In this document: positions 11,101 to 23,004 of the stretch, piece by piece
How the letters are laid out: each line of letters opens with the position of its first letter
Numbering within the stretch: position 1 is the first letter of the stretch
NCBI GenBank assembly: GCA_000934665.2
Contig: KZ538622.1
Location: forward strand, 1 to 58,244
Direction of reading: 5' to 3'
From: Catajapyx aquilonaris
Taxonomy: Eukaryota
Length of the DNA: 58,244 nt
Notes under the pieces: model-generated
Database searches by the model: none
Seen by the model: only the letters and a program-made list of their open reading frames with translations
What the model was told of the DNA's origin: nothing
Program-made: the position numbers and the translations under genes

Positions 11101-12401
11101 TATTCCCAGTGCAGGAGGTGGCCGTCGCACAAGGACCCACATAATAACTAAGCATTGACAAGTACACTTCCACCATAATGTGGAGAATGTCGATCATCTT
11201 GACGTGGGAAGCATCCATAAACAGACTTTTCCAGCAAAACTTTCACCAACAGTCACCAGGGAAGGGGGAAAAAAAAGAGAAGTTTGGAGCATTTGACGGG
11301 TGTGCCCGGACATGGGTAAGGGGAGTGGGGTGGGTAGGAAGGAAAGGGGAGGGGGGTGTCCTATAAGGGCCATTTCGTCTGCAGCTCTTGGTTCGCATTC
11401 CAGGCCTGGCCTCTGGCATAATGAGGCAGAGGAAAAGGAGCGACTTTGCGTCGTTTCCTCCGTCCGAAACAGCGACTCTGCTCGACATGGGGGACTCGCG
11501 CACTGCCATTTGCAACGGGGAAAAAGAGGAGCAGGAGGAGGAGGAGGAGGAAGGGGGGGAAGTAAGGGATAGGGAGGAGGGAAAAAAAGAGAAAAAAGGC
11601 GTCCAATTTGCATTGGAGGGCTGCTTAATGGGAACGACGCTCCGTGGAATTTGCAGCGAGCTTTGGCTTCCAACTTTCTCTCCCTTTGTGCACTCATTAA
11701 AAATTGTGCTTAAAAGGTACTAGCAATAGCAGACAAGGATCACTGCAGAGCTCACGGTTGTTCGTGATATGCCTACTAAACTGTAAGAGTTTTTCACTTA
11801 GTAAAAAGAATTCTTGAAACAAATGGGACAAATCTAGAGTTTATCTGGAGACAGAAAGGGGGGTAGGAGGGGCTGCTATTCCGGTGTAGCTTATTTTGTC
11901 GGAAGCTAGGGCCTGCGCATTCAAACTACAATAGCTGATAAATTTTATTCTAAAATGAAAAACTGAAAGCAGCGTAGGGAGGCATTCATTTTTAACGGGA
12001 TTGGTCACTCTTAGTGTGTCGTCCATATATAAATATTGCCTTCTACCTACGAACACGACTACTGGATTAATGCTTATTTGGAAATAACTTACAAAGTTAT
12101 CAAATAATTGTCACTAATAAAATCTTAGCTAAATGTTTCAAGTTTGGGATTTTAAAAAATAGACTGCACTTATCATGGATTCCTTTATTTTAATAGTAGA
12201 ATAGTCTTAGCAGGCATTTGAGAAATATGTAGTTCCGGTGATGAGACGACGCCGCGCCGTTTCACAATCATTCGTCGGAAAGTGAGGCACACATTAATAC
12301 TGTGCACAGCCCTGACACCTTATATTTAATGGCAGCAAGGAATAAATTTTTGATATGTTTAATAGGGTTTGTTCGAGCACCAAGGAGAATAATATACAAT
12401 A

Positions 12402-12430
12402 CTAGCTGAGATACCCGTTCTTCGCGCGGG
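12402..12430 (-). mobile_element. Helitron 3' terminus (hairpin + CTAG); extent to the right undefined
   Basis: Minus strand reads CCCGCGCGAAGAACGGGTATCTCAGCTAG|T; a related plus-strand end lies at about 17833-17862. Confidence 0.55.
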
Positions 12431-13395
12431 GAATACAGAGATCTTTCCAGTCATTATTAAAATCATTTGCTCATTCCCTTGCTTAATAATTATGCAGGCA
12501 ATGGAAGGGTGTAAAAATTCTGGTTTGTTCTTGAATGATAATTGTAGGGACGATAGTCCCTATAAGTAAGATCCTCGTGCAAAAACAACAATGAAAATTT
12601 TCCTTGTTCTTGTTCAGCCGAGTTTTTCTGTCAAGCATATCTCAAAAACCGTTGCAAGTACAGCCTTCATATTTTGAACACGTATCCGGCCCGACGTGCT
12701 GCAGTGCCCGATCCCCTACACAAAAAGCCCAAGGACGTAATAGAACCCCGAAATAAAATTATAAGTTAATAATTCATTATGAGCAGCGATGCGTGTAACT
12801 GGAATCCATGTGTGACAATAGTCACACATTATTTAGAATATTATTTTGTGTAAATATCATCTCTACACTTTATGCGGAATTACGTACGCTAACTACTCAA
12901 ATAAATATATGCTTTACCTTATTTTCATTACATTATTTAAAAAATACGGTAACAATCGGTAACAATGCGAGCCCTTGGCGACTACGTAAACAAACTCGCG
13001 TTTGCATGGACAGCATATGGGGATTCGACATGTCCACGCTTCGGCGGCCGTACGGCCACAAAAATGGAGCAATGGACACAAAAATTACACCAAAAAATAG
13101 GACATGATCTGGCGCAGGGCACCTTCGGCGTAGTTGAAGTGAAAGGAAAATGGCGCTCCCGAAAAGCCCATTTGAATAACATGGCGGCAGGAACGCGACA
13201 AATTCGGGAACGCTTCGGCGCCCGTATGTCCACAATTTTAATGCAATCATATCGAGTATGGTACCATAGTTAAGGCCAAACCTTTCCGCAGGGCACCTTC
13301 GGCGTGATTTTTCCGATTAACCGTCCGTTTCGCCACAAAAAATATAATTCCCTCAAAAATGCGCCTACCGTATTTTTACTAATGCGCCCCCTTAA

Positions 13396-14647
13396 GAGCG
13401 CGCTCTAGGCTGCGCTATCCATTGTTGCGGGTAGCCCGTCGCGGGCCGGCCCATGAGTTTGACACTTCCTTCTCTCGCTGTCACGGCCACGAATATGGAG
13501 GTATCGGCATGAAACTGGAGTATCTGGACGCGAAAGAGTTGCGCTTTGAGATGGCGTGCTTATCTTTCTCCTGGGGCGATATTTGCGGCCGCCGCGGCCA
13601 GGTACATTTTTAAATTTTGATCCGCAATTACTCCTTTCCATGTCGGTATCTGTGAAATTCGAGAGCGTCACGAGGTTTTTACGCCGAATTACCGTAAGTG
13701 TGTGAAAGGGCACGAGTGTGGCAGTCTTGGTTTGGCCAAACTTTGGGATCGAAAATACCCCCCTCCATGAACAATAACAACTCGCACGAAGAAAGCGACG
13801 ATCTGGCAGCGCCGCGCTGACTGCCTGTTCCGTAACCGCGGCGACATCGTATGTTTACATCGTTTTAATAATTATTAGCGCTCCACTTTATCCAAAGAGT
13901 TCTGCTATATTATATATACACCTAGAGGAGGTACTCGGCCTGAAATGTGAGGCAGGCAACAATGCAGGCAACAATATTACCTCCAACAAGATGGCGGACG
14001 CCTGACATTATTTGAACTAATTGTCGCCCAGTTGTCATTATTGGTTGTTGTTCCAGTTGCTAGACAAACTGTTAGAACAACAATATTACCTCCAACAAGA
14101 TGGCGGCTGCCTCAGCCTGTCTAATGGAAAAGGATAGGGAGTACCTCCTCTAGGTATTATATTATATAATAGCAGAACTCTTTGACTTTATCCGGCCGTC
14201 GCCGTGGTTACCGAACTGGCAGTCAGCGCGGCGCTGCCAGATCGTCGCTTTCTTCGTGAGAGTTGTTATTGTTCATGGAGGGGGGTATTTTCGATCCCAA
14301 AGTTTGGCCAAACCAAGACTGCCTCACTCGTGCCCTTTCACACACTTACGGTAATTCGCCGTAAAAACCTCGTGACAGGCTCGAATTTCACTGGTACCGA
14401 CATGGAAAGGAGTAATTGCGGGTCAAAATAAAAAACTGAACCTGGCCGCGGCGGCCGCAAATATTGCCCCAGGAGAAAAATAAGCGCACCATCTCAAAGT
14501 GCAACCCTTTCGCGTCCAGATACTCCAGTTTCATGCCGATACTTCCATATTTGCGGCCGTGACAGCGAGAGGAAGTAGTGTCAAACTCACGGGCCGGCCC
14601 GCGACGGGCTACCCGCAACAATGGATAGCGTAGCCTAGAGCGCGCTC
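13396..14647. mobile_element. Sola3-like (alternatively Kolobok) non-autonomous foldback element
   Basis: TTAA|GAGCGCGCTCTAGG...CCTAGAGCGCGCTC|TTAA with TIRs of about 440 bp (13396-13845 vs 14200-14647). TTAA TSD, GAG...CTC termini and long TIRs match Sola3. Confidence 0.85.
13893..14184. mobile_element. hAT/P-type MITE nested in the centre of the Sola3-like element
   Basis: 8-bp TSD ACTTTATC (13885-13892, 14185-14192); TIR CAAAGAGTTCTGCTAT...ATAGCAGAACTCTTTG; internal direct repeat AACAATATTACCTCCAACAAGATGGCGG x2. Confidence 0.88.
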
Positions 14648-15060
14648 TTAAATAAACATTTCATTCATTCAACTTGTTATTATATTTCATTCAGTTTCCA
14701 CGGTATCCTCCTTAGGTCAACAATTGAGTGACTCGATTATGACTTGTTGTCAACCATCAAATATTATTGCATTTGTCTTAGATACGATAGCTCTATCATG
14801 TTCGTATGAATTCCATTCGATCTTCGTGTCATCAGTCCTCCTGCACCCTTCAACCACTTAAACTAACTAAACTGAAACTATCTTGATTTTGGTAAGTTAA
14901 TGCATTTATAATTCACGCAGGCTTCGTAAACCCCTGCGGTTCGACCTTGCCGGTATACGTAGCCGAACCAGTATAAGACTTTGGTGTTGCCCCCTTTCTC
15001 CTCCCGCTGATTCGAACGGCAACCACTTATCACATAGGCATACGACGCCCGTATGATATA

Positions 15061-15482
15061 CAGGGTGTATCTGAACTCAGTGCCCCGACGTATATGACTG
15101 TCTTCCTAGCCACCAGAGGATCGATTTAAGTATATGAGTCATATGTCTGGGCAGCCTCATTACGGAGATAATTGGCCGCAAACAGGTAGTACAAAATATC
15201 CTGTCGGTTAGGCCACCCATCGAAACCTCCCCCAGTCAGAAGGCTCTGGAAGGTCTGGGGGCCGGACTTTGTTGGTTTGTTGCCCACAGGTGGTAAGGCC
15301 TCTTTGGCTAGTTACACCAGAAAATTCTATTTAAAAGTCAGAAGGAGCGATTAGGCAAAAATCGCTAAAGAATGTATCTCAGTAATGAGGCTGCCCCGAC
15401 ATGACTCCTATACTTAAATCGATCCTCTGGTGGCTAGGAAGGCAGTCATATACGTCGGGGCACTGAGTTCAGATACACCCTG
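15061..15482. mobile_element. Tc1/mariner-type MITE (family M1), copy 2
   Basis: TA TSD, CAGGGTG...CACCCTG; near-identical to 4661-5084. Confidence 0.92.
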
Positions 15483-15871
15483 TATATGACTTTAGTGTTA
15501 TTCTCACTCCCAATAACCGACTTTCTTCCCTTTCTCTCACCATCATGTACCAGGATGATGAGAGAGGCCATGATCTTATTTCTTGTCCCTGCAATACTAG
15601 AGTAGTATTTTGAGAAGACTTGTGTCCACATGGGAAAGTGATTGAGTGGGCATGGGTATAGGATCCGAACAACACGACTACCTCCACGTGGTGGGTCCTG
15701 GGTACAGCCGGGTAGCGAATAATCACTTCTAACCACCTTATACATTTGAGAACTTTGACAGATGTCATGAAGAAGGGACTTGTGATAATAAAATTTGGTC
15801 GGAAAGAAATTAACCAAGCAACCAACTAAGCAGCCATCTTTCACAAGATAAAACTAATCAGAAATCATCTC

Positions 15872-16187
15872 TCTCCTCTCAACTGTGTACGAACCTTAAC
15901 CCCTTCCAAAAAAATCTTTCCGACGCCCAAGAGGTGAGGATCCGCTCCTCTCTCTGTACCAGGACAATTCCCACCATGCCTTTTCTAGGTCCAGAACTTA
16001 TGTGACAAAAGTCGTTGAGACTCTCAACACTTCATCCTGACAATCCTGCCTGCCACCTCAACCTCTCTATAAACTCTATCTCCACTCTCCTCTCAACTGT
16101 GTACGAACCTTAATAAAACCGACCAAGAAAATCTTCTCCCCGCCCAAGATGTAAGTATCCGCTCCTCTCTCTGTACCAGAGTTTCCC
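15872..16187. repeat. Diverged direct repeat pair of about 100 bp
   Basis: CTCTCCTCTCAACTGTGTACGAACCTTAA...ATCCGCTCCTCTCTCTGTACCAG at about 15872 and 16085. Confidence 0.8.
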
Positions 16188-16538
16188 AAACTGTGCTCCA
16201 CGAAGCTTCTCCAAGTGCTCCACGAAGAGGGTGGGGAGAAAAGGAATATATTCTTCAATAAGCTATATACCCATTTAAATCTCTCAGTAGCTGCCGTGAC
16301 CTTGAACCCAAATTTTTTCGCCTGCGGCGCCCTTTTGTCCTCGCCTTCCCGTTTACTAATTTGGCGCCCCCCCGCCACAGAATTTTTTTATGCTTACGCC
16401 GTCGATGACGTTAGTGCTCCGTCACAAATATCTCTGCTGAAAAGTGATCCGCAACTCAAAAAGTTGGGGAACCTCTGCTCTATACCATCCTATGAGTATA
16501 ACTGCATGTTCAGGTTGCTTTGTCAAAAAATAGCTGCA

Positions 16539-17790
16539 ATTATCGCAAAAACCAATCCCTACGGAATTGTAAAAAAAGGGAAAGTAAGATCCAAGTAGCG
16601 GATAGAAATTACTGAAACAAGACTGGGCTGCGTAAGATCTTCAACCTTATGGATAAATGTAACCCAGAGATCTTACTTCCGCATTTTACACAATAATTAG
16701 ATTTGTATCATGGTGATGATCAAAGCGTCTTTGTCCATCAAGGTATAGTTGTGCAATTTGGGATTATTTAATGCTTATAATAATACAACAACAACAACAA
16801 CAACAACAACAACTACAACTACAACAGCAACAACATCACGACATTTCCCTATGAGGGGTAGTCAGCGATGAAGGGAGATGCAAGCTAACCCAACATATGA
16901 ACTAATAAAACTCATGAGAAAGAACCTAAAAACAACCTGTCCCACCCCCCACTCCTGCCCACCTCAGATATCACCCTTATAATAATAATATAATATAATA
17001 ATATGATAATAAGAATAAACGATAAAAAATGTTATTAATTGGTTCATCGATTAGCTGAGTGGCTGGAAGATTAAATGTTTCACATTATAATAATTCACAT
17101 ATAATAATCTCTATCTCTATAAATAAGGAAGTTTGTCAGTTTATTTGTCAATTTGTCAGTTTGGATGTTTGTCCCTTATAGAAATCCGGGGGAAGGCCCC
17201 TACACCGCCTTGAATTAGCATATCGGGGGTTACATTTTTCAAGGAATTTAATGCCGCATGTTTCAGCTTCCGAAAATGAACCTAACACCCATAACACGCA
17301 TATTCCCAATTAACCAATTGCAATTACCTATTTAACAATATTCATAGATTTCCATGGTAATGCCCTCATTACATTGTAGGCCTACCTCCATAACATACCC
17401 GGGCAACGCCGGGTAACCTGCTAGTATAATATATAATATAATATAAAATATATGCAATATATAATATAATATATTTAATAAGGATAAAGGATAAATATAA
17501 TCCTTGAATTAATTAATTTGTTCATCGATTTACTGAGTAGCTTGAATGTTTAATGGTCCACAGATTGGCTTATTAGCATTAGAATGGCTGATGGACAAAG
17601 ACGCTTTGATCATTACCATGATACAAATCTAATTATTGTGTAAAATGCGGAAGTAAGATCTCTGGGTTACATTTATCCATAAGGTTGAAGATCTTACGCA
17701 GCCCAGTCTTGTTTCAGTAATTTCTATCCGTTACTTGGATCTTACTTTCCTTTTTTTTACAATTCCGTAGGGATTGGTTTTTGCGATAAT
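16539..17790. repeat. 202-bp near-perfect inverted repeat (16539-16740 / 17589-17790) around a spacer of about 850 bp
   Basis: ATTATCGCAAAAACCAATCCC...GTCTTTGTCCATCA and its reverse complement, about 3 mismatches by eye; no convincing TSD. Confidence 0.9.
17108..17424 (+). mobile_element. Non-autonomous Helitron
   Basis: A|TCTCTATCTCTATAAATAAGG 5' end, TTTGTCAG-like repeats, 3' hairpin ACCCGGGCAACGCCGGGT then CTAG|T; inserted between A and T with no TSD. Confidence 0.8.
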
Positions 17791-19357
17791 AATGCTTGGA
17801 AAGACCACTGTATAAATCTGAACGCTTTTCTTCCTGTGCGAAGAACGGGTATCGCGGCTTGTACAATATATGCAGGTTTTACAAACTCCTATCATTATTT
17901 TATCAATCCCATTGCTATAGTACTGTACAGTGCTGAGCTAAGTCAGAGGGAGTGTAAATGTTCTGTGCTCATGGGAGTGATGGCTTCGAACATGTCACAT
18001 TAGGAGCAAGACCTGTTGTTGCCCGAATAAGGGTGTGCAGCAGCCAGTATTTCGGGAAATTAAGTAATGTATTAAATCCGACAGACAGTTGCTGGACATG
18101 ATACGTCAAAGTTCTTGAAGTTATAAAAAAGGAGCATCGTGCCCATTTTTAATTTGGGATGAAAAAGTAGCCAAATATAATATTGCTGGGAAGGGAGAAC
18201 AAACATGGTTACCAATGCAAGGGCACAACACAACATGACAAAAATACTGACTGTAACTCCAAATAAAGAAGAACATAGGCGCTTAACACGGATGCATATT
18301 TCTTTCCGAGAAGGCACGCTTGATGGATTCAGAGAATTGCATAACTTGTTAATACAGTTGAATCCCGTTGTAACAGACTCGAAAGTCCGGTCCCAGCATT
18401 CCATAAGGCCCTGTGTATTTTTACTCCTGACATAACAGACTCATTTTCATCTCGCATCGGCTTTAAAGAAAGGGTTCAGTGATTTTGCATGTTGGGCTTC
18501 AGAGATCAAGGAAGACTCCCTGATTCAAAAAATGTGGTCAGTTTTTGAATCTGACGCCGCGTAAGCAAATGCCATTAGGTTAAAGACAAAATCCGCAACT
18601 GTGTTCGCTACGGTAATCATACAGCCAGCGCCTCTCGCGGAAATCCCGCTAACCTGCCAGCACCGGGACAATGAGATTGGCTTAGTCTCGGAGCCCATTT
18701 TTGAATTAGGAGACGGCTGGATTTGGATCAAGGAAGTGAGCGGGAAGGTGGGACAGGATATCGATAGTAGTGCGATAGTAGTGCTAGTGCTCCGGGCAAG
18801 TGGCAGACAAGTGTGGCTGCGTTTTGCACTTGCTACGTGTCTATTTTTGGGTAGTGGTTCAAGATCAATTCAAGCCTGTCTCTCCCTCTAGCCCTCCGTC
18901 TGCCCTTCCCGCTGCCTTTCCATAGCCCTTGGCATTCGGGGCAGGTCCCACTGGGGTCGAAAACCCAACCTCCTGGCTTAGCAGGTGTTATAACTTCGTG
19001 TCTTGTGGTGTAGGGTATTTCAAATAAATAGCCAGAGTCAATTGAGAAGTTATAATAAGGTTTGTATTGTAGACTGAACTAAGCGTGGTTACAACTTGGA
19101 TGGTGGGAGGATGACGACTGATATACACTCCAGGGTGTGTGGTAGGCATAGGGAGAGTTGGGAGGAGGTGAGGTAAGGAGGAGCGGCCTGGTCTTATTGG
19201 AGATGGGAAATCCCTCGAGTTTTGTATACTGATTGCCCATTAAGGTGCAATCAAGGGGTGCAATACTACAACACGTTCTTCTTGCACAGCATGATGCCAT
19301 ATTACAACAGCAGGCTTGCATGCGGCTTGTCTCTGGGGGCTGCCATCTTTTCACGGG

Positions 19358-19439
19358 ACACGGGTTCCCTCGAGCGGCAAGGGTGGAAGCTTCGACCACT
19401 CCCTCGAAGCTTCCACTCTTGCCGCTAGAGGGCCCGTGT
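19358..19439. repeat. Isolated GC-rich hairpin
   Basis: CCCTCGAGCGGCAAGGGTGGAAGCTTCGA-CCACTCCC-TCGAAGCTTCCACTCTTGCCGCTAGAGGG, extended by ACACGGG/CCCGTGT. Confidence 0.8.
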
Positions 19440-20238
19440 TCGGCGCCGATTTTTTTTTAAACGACTTACTGTCAGACTTGAAATTTTACGCTTATGGTGC
19501 ATTTGCCAATAAAACGGATCGGATATTTGAAATCAGGGAGTCTTGCTTGATTTTTGGAACCCAACATCCAAAATTACTGAACCCTTCCTTTAACAGACCA
19601 TTTCTTGGCCCCTCGGTAGAAAAATATGCTGCTGTTGATTACTCAGCTTCCTTTCCCACGGACAGGAAGGCAGAGAATACTGAGGCTGGGGTGACTTTCG
19701 CATCTGTCACTGATTTAAGCTTCCTACTCGCAAGTTATGCACAGCAAGGTTGAGGCACACAAGTGCTCTGTTCAGAAAATTACGAATTTTTCGTCATGTA
19801 TAATTTTTGAGTGAGGTAATTTTGAATTTTTGTGGATAGTTTCATTAATCAGTATGAAGTAGTATGAAGTAGTATGCATTATAGGCATAGTGAAAGCAGA
19901 AAACTTTGCATATTGGTTGCCGAACCCTATTCCGAGAAAATGCCGCTTTTGTAGATTCGATTATTTTGTATGGCTGTAAATGGGATTTCCAGATTTCGTC
20001 CTCTTGTTATGGCTCCCAAAAAAACTCATTTCGATCTGGCTTTTTGGTTCATTAGGTGCTCCTTTACTTGAAGATTTTAATGGTGGTGTTAACTCAAAAA
20101 TGACAAAAATCGATGTTAGCTGCTTGTGGCGGCCACCTCCTCAAATATCCTTAAGGGGAGCATTGGGAACCCGTTCGTAAGTACGGATCGCAGTAAGTCA
20201 ATCTGCAATGAGCACTGCAGGAAGTACTGCATGACACC

Positions 20239-20387
20239 CAATGGGGTAACCACTCGACTGAAAAGTGTACACTGGAGTACCAAAATTCAATGAGTACCAA
20301 GGACTACCAAAGAGTAAAGTACCTAAGAAGTACCTGGGAGTACCACTTGCAGGTGTACACCGGAGTACCGAAGTGATTACCCTCTTG
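20239..20387. mobile_element. hAT/P-type MITE with GAGTACC repeats, copy 1
   Basis: 8-bp TSD ATGACACC; TIR CAATGGGGTAACCAC...GTGATTACCCTCTTG; homologue at 55234-55421. Confidence 0.88.
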
Positions 20388-20703
20388 ATGACACCGTCTT
20401 CTTTTGCGATTGTTCAGACCCTTGCAAAGTGCGGGTGTGCTGCTGCAACCAGTTGTCGGTACTCCATTGTCCCCTCCTACCGTACCTTGTAGCTGAAGCG
20501 TGTGTCTGGACACTGGAGGGGCTGGGAGTGGGTGGGGGTCATGGAAAGGGCGCCAAGGCGATCATTCTCTGAGCGACCTCACCCTCTCACGCATTGTGGC
20601 GAACTGGGCATCAGCTTCCTATTTTGCCTGCTTGGTGGCGGGGCCTGGTGGGGGGGTTGACCTTCGACTCGCAGGAGAGTTGGGGAGGGAGGCATCTGGG
20701 GGG

Positions 20704-20765
20704 NNNNNNNNNNNNNNNNNNNNNNNNNNNNNNNNNNNNNNNNNNNNNNNNNNNNNNNNNNNNNN
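20704..20765. other. Assembly gap (N run)
   Basis: Run of N; single or short Ns also at 22012, 28903-28905, 38953 and 54998. Confidence 0.99.
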
Positions 20766-20857
20766 ACTCATCTCATACAGGTTTAGCATCAGTGTGAAAA
20801 TTTTCGGTGCTCTCGGAGGTGGGTAAGTGGGTTACATAGCCGTGACAAGCATATAAA

Positions 20858-21370
20858 TACTCGCTTTGCGAGCCGGTCGGTGGGGCTCCGCCCCCCCTCC
20901 CCCCCGGACCCCCCCGTGGGGCTGCGCCCCACCTGCGCGCCTTTGGCGCTGTGCTTGTATTCCGCCTAATCCATCCGGTTACAGAAATCAGTGACGTCAC
21001 CGGTTGCGATGAGGAGTTTCCGAACGTGCCCTCTCTGACGTATCGTCCAAATCAGCGCTTGGGATGGCAAGTGGGACCATCTGTGACGTATCATTCCCAC
21101 GGCAGGTTTGAGTGACAGCGGGTGGAGAGGAGTGGGTGGGCCATTGTTCTCGGGGATCCGGGGGAGTTTGCGGATATATTAATTTCGCGATCTCGGGTTT
21201 GCGTCTAAATTTTATTTGGCCATCTCGAAAACGGCTGGGAATTTTACGATTATGAGGATTATTGGCATTGGTATACCAGGAGGCTAGAAATCCAACGGTG
21301 TAAGTCTGAGATCTCTGCGACGCCGGGAAGTGCGAAATCTTTTCCGTCCTCCTCCTCGGATTGGGGCTTT
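20858..21370 (-). mobile_element. Helitron-like non-autonomous family H, copy 1 (5' end cut by a MITE)
   Basis: Homologous to 21939-22529 and 45820-46370; minus-strand 3' hairpin CTCGCAAAGCGAG. Confidence 0.65.
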
Positions 21371-21930
21371 GGGTGTTTATTGTAACTCTGCAAAGACTTT
21401 CAGAGGTAATAGAGGGGACCAAGACAAGTATTTTTGACATAGGAACCCGTGTCCGGAAACGCCATCTAGAGGGGGTTCATAGACAAGGAGCGGGTGCGCT
21501 CAGGCGTGTCACGTGGGAGGCGCTAGGCGAGCGGACTGTTTTGTTGATAGATGGCGCTCGGATAGTAACCAACAATGCGATGTGCCATAACGTGGCAATA
21601 GCAGAGCCATCTAGCAACTAAAGTCCGCCTCCTAGGAGACGCGCGGATAGCCAACAGCGGTTCTGTTGTTGCCAGGTTATGGCGTATAGCGTGGCTGTTT
21701 GCTTACAACGACGCGATACACCATAACCTGGCAACAACTGTGCGCCATCTATCAACAAAACAGTCCTCTCACCTAGCGCCTCTTGCGTGACGCGTCTGAG
21801 CGCACCCGTTCCTTGTCTATGAACCCCCTCTAGATGGCGTTTCCGGACACGGGCTCCTATGTCAAAAATATTTGTCTTGGTCCTCTCTATTACCCCTGAA
21901 AGTCTTTGCAGAGTTACAATAAACACCCTG
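21371..21930. mobile_element. Tc1/mariner-type foldback MITE (family M2), copy 1
   Basis: GGGTGTTTATTGTAACTCTGCAAAGACTTTCAG...CTGAAAGTCTTTGCAGAGTTACAATAAACACCCTG|TA, arms of about 190 bp, left CA missing. Second copy at 51775-52341 and a fragment at about 48989-49022. Confidence 0.88.
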
Positions 21931-21938
21931 TATTTTAG

Positions 21939-22529
21939 ACTCGCTTCGCGAGCCGGTGGGGCTCCGCCCCCCCCCCCGGACCCCTCCGTGGGGCCGCGCC
22001 CCACCTGCGCGNGTGGGGCTGCGCCCCACTTGCGCGCCTTCGGCACGATGCCCGTATTCCGCCTAATCCATCCGGTTACAAAAATCAGTGACGTCACCGG
22101 TAGCCATGAGGAGAATGCGACGTATCGTTGAAAACAGCGATTGGGATGACAAAGTGGGACCATCTGTGACGTATCATTCTCACGGCAGGTTTGAGTAGTG
22201 TAAGCAGATCCCAGGGGGTGGAAAGGAGGGGTGGGCCATTGTTCTCCTTCTTTACGACCATCTGTGGGCAAGGTCGCAAGTCGATCCGAGGCAGTTTGCG
22301 GATACATTAATTTGGCGATCTCGGGTTTGTGTCTACATTTTATTTGGCTATCTCGAAAACGGCTGGGAATTTCGCGATTATGAGGATTTTTGGTACCACT
22401 AAATCGGTGGCAAAAAATCCAACGGTGTACGTCCGAGGTCTCTACGACCTCGGGAAGTAGGAGATCTTTTCCATCCTATATCCTCCTCCTCCTATATCCT
22501 CGGATTGGAGCTTTATATATACTAGAAGA
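21939..22529 (-). mobile_element. Helitron-like non-autonomous family H, copy 2
   Basis: Minus strand starts A|TCTTCTAGTATATATAAAGCTCCAATCCGAGG (insect Helitron-type 5' end) and ends near hairpin CTCGCGAAGCGAG. Confidence 0.7.
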
Positions 22530-22967
22530 TACATACCAACAAATATTGACATTTATATATAGAAATACTGCAAGTTCAGGTAAGATATCGTGAGACATCT
22601 TTTGTACGCCAGCATTTTCCCGTAATATTTGTGCCTCATCATCGCTGAATCTTATTTAATAATAAGTTATGCTTACTAACGTAAAAGAAAATATCTTTTC
22701 TACAAGACGCCCGCAAACACCGCAGCAGTGTGAACCTCACACGACCAAATGAGCGATTTGAATCTTGAGTAGGCCTACAGAAGTTCAATATAATTCGCCG
22801 TGAAACAACTTACCTGTGCGGCGGCAAAGCTCACAGTTCTATGAGAACATAATGTTGCTAATTAATTTATTATTTTCTTATAGGTTTATGTTATTTCTCG
22901 TGACAATAAAAATTATCTATGCAAAAATCCGTACGTGGCAGTCTGCTCCTCATATACTCGTAGTACA

Positions 22968-23004
22968 CTAGCAGGAGACCTGGCGCGGCGTTGCTCGGGT
23001 TATG
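22968..23004 (-). mobile_element. Helitron 3' terminus related to 17395-17424
   Basis: ACTAGCAGG...GGCGTTGCTCGGG is close to the reverse complement of CCCGGGCAACGCC...CCTGCTAGT. Confidence 0.55.

Noticed and set aside
13921..14155. Third nested element with CCTAGAGGAGGTACTC inverted ends
   Set aside because: It has no TSD of its own and is more simply part of the extended TIR of the 13893-14184 MITE.
18980..19350. Solo LTR (also about 29500-29900 and 45300-45700)
   Set aside because: LTR-like composition, but I could not identify paired TG...CA ends with a TSD.
21618..22307. 229-aa ORF, the longest in the track
   Set aside because: It runs across the junction of a Helitron-like repeat and a palindromic MITE and includes an N.
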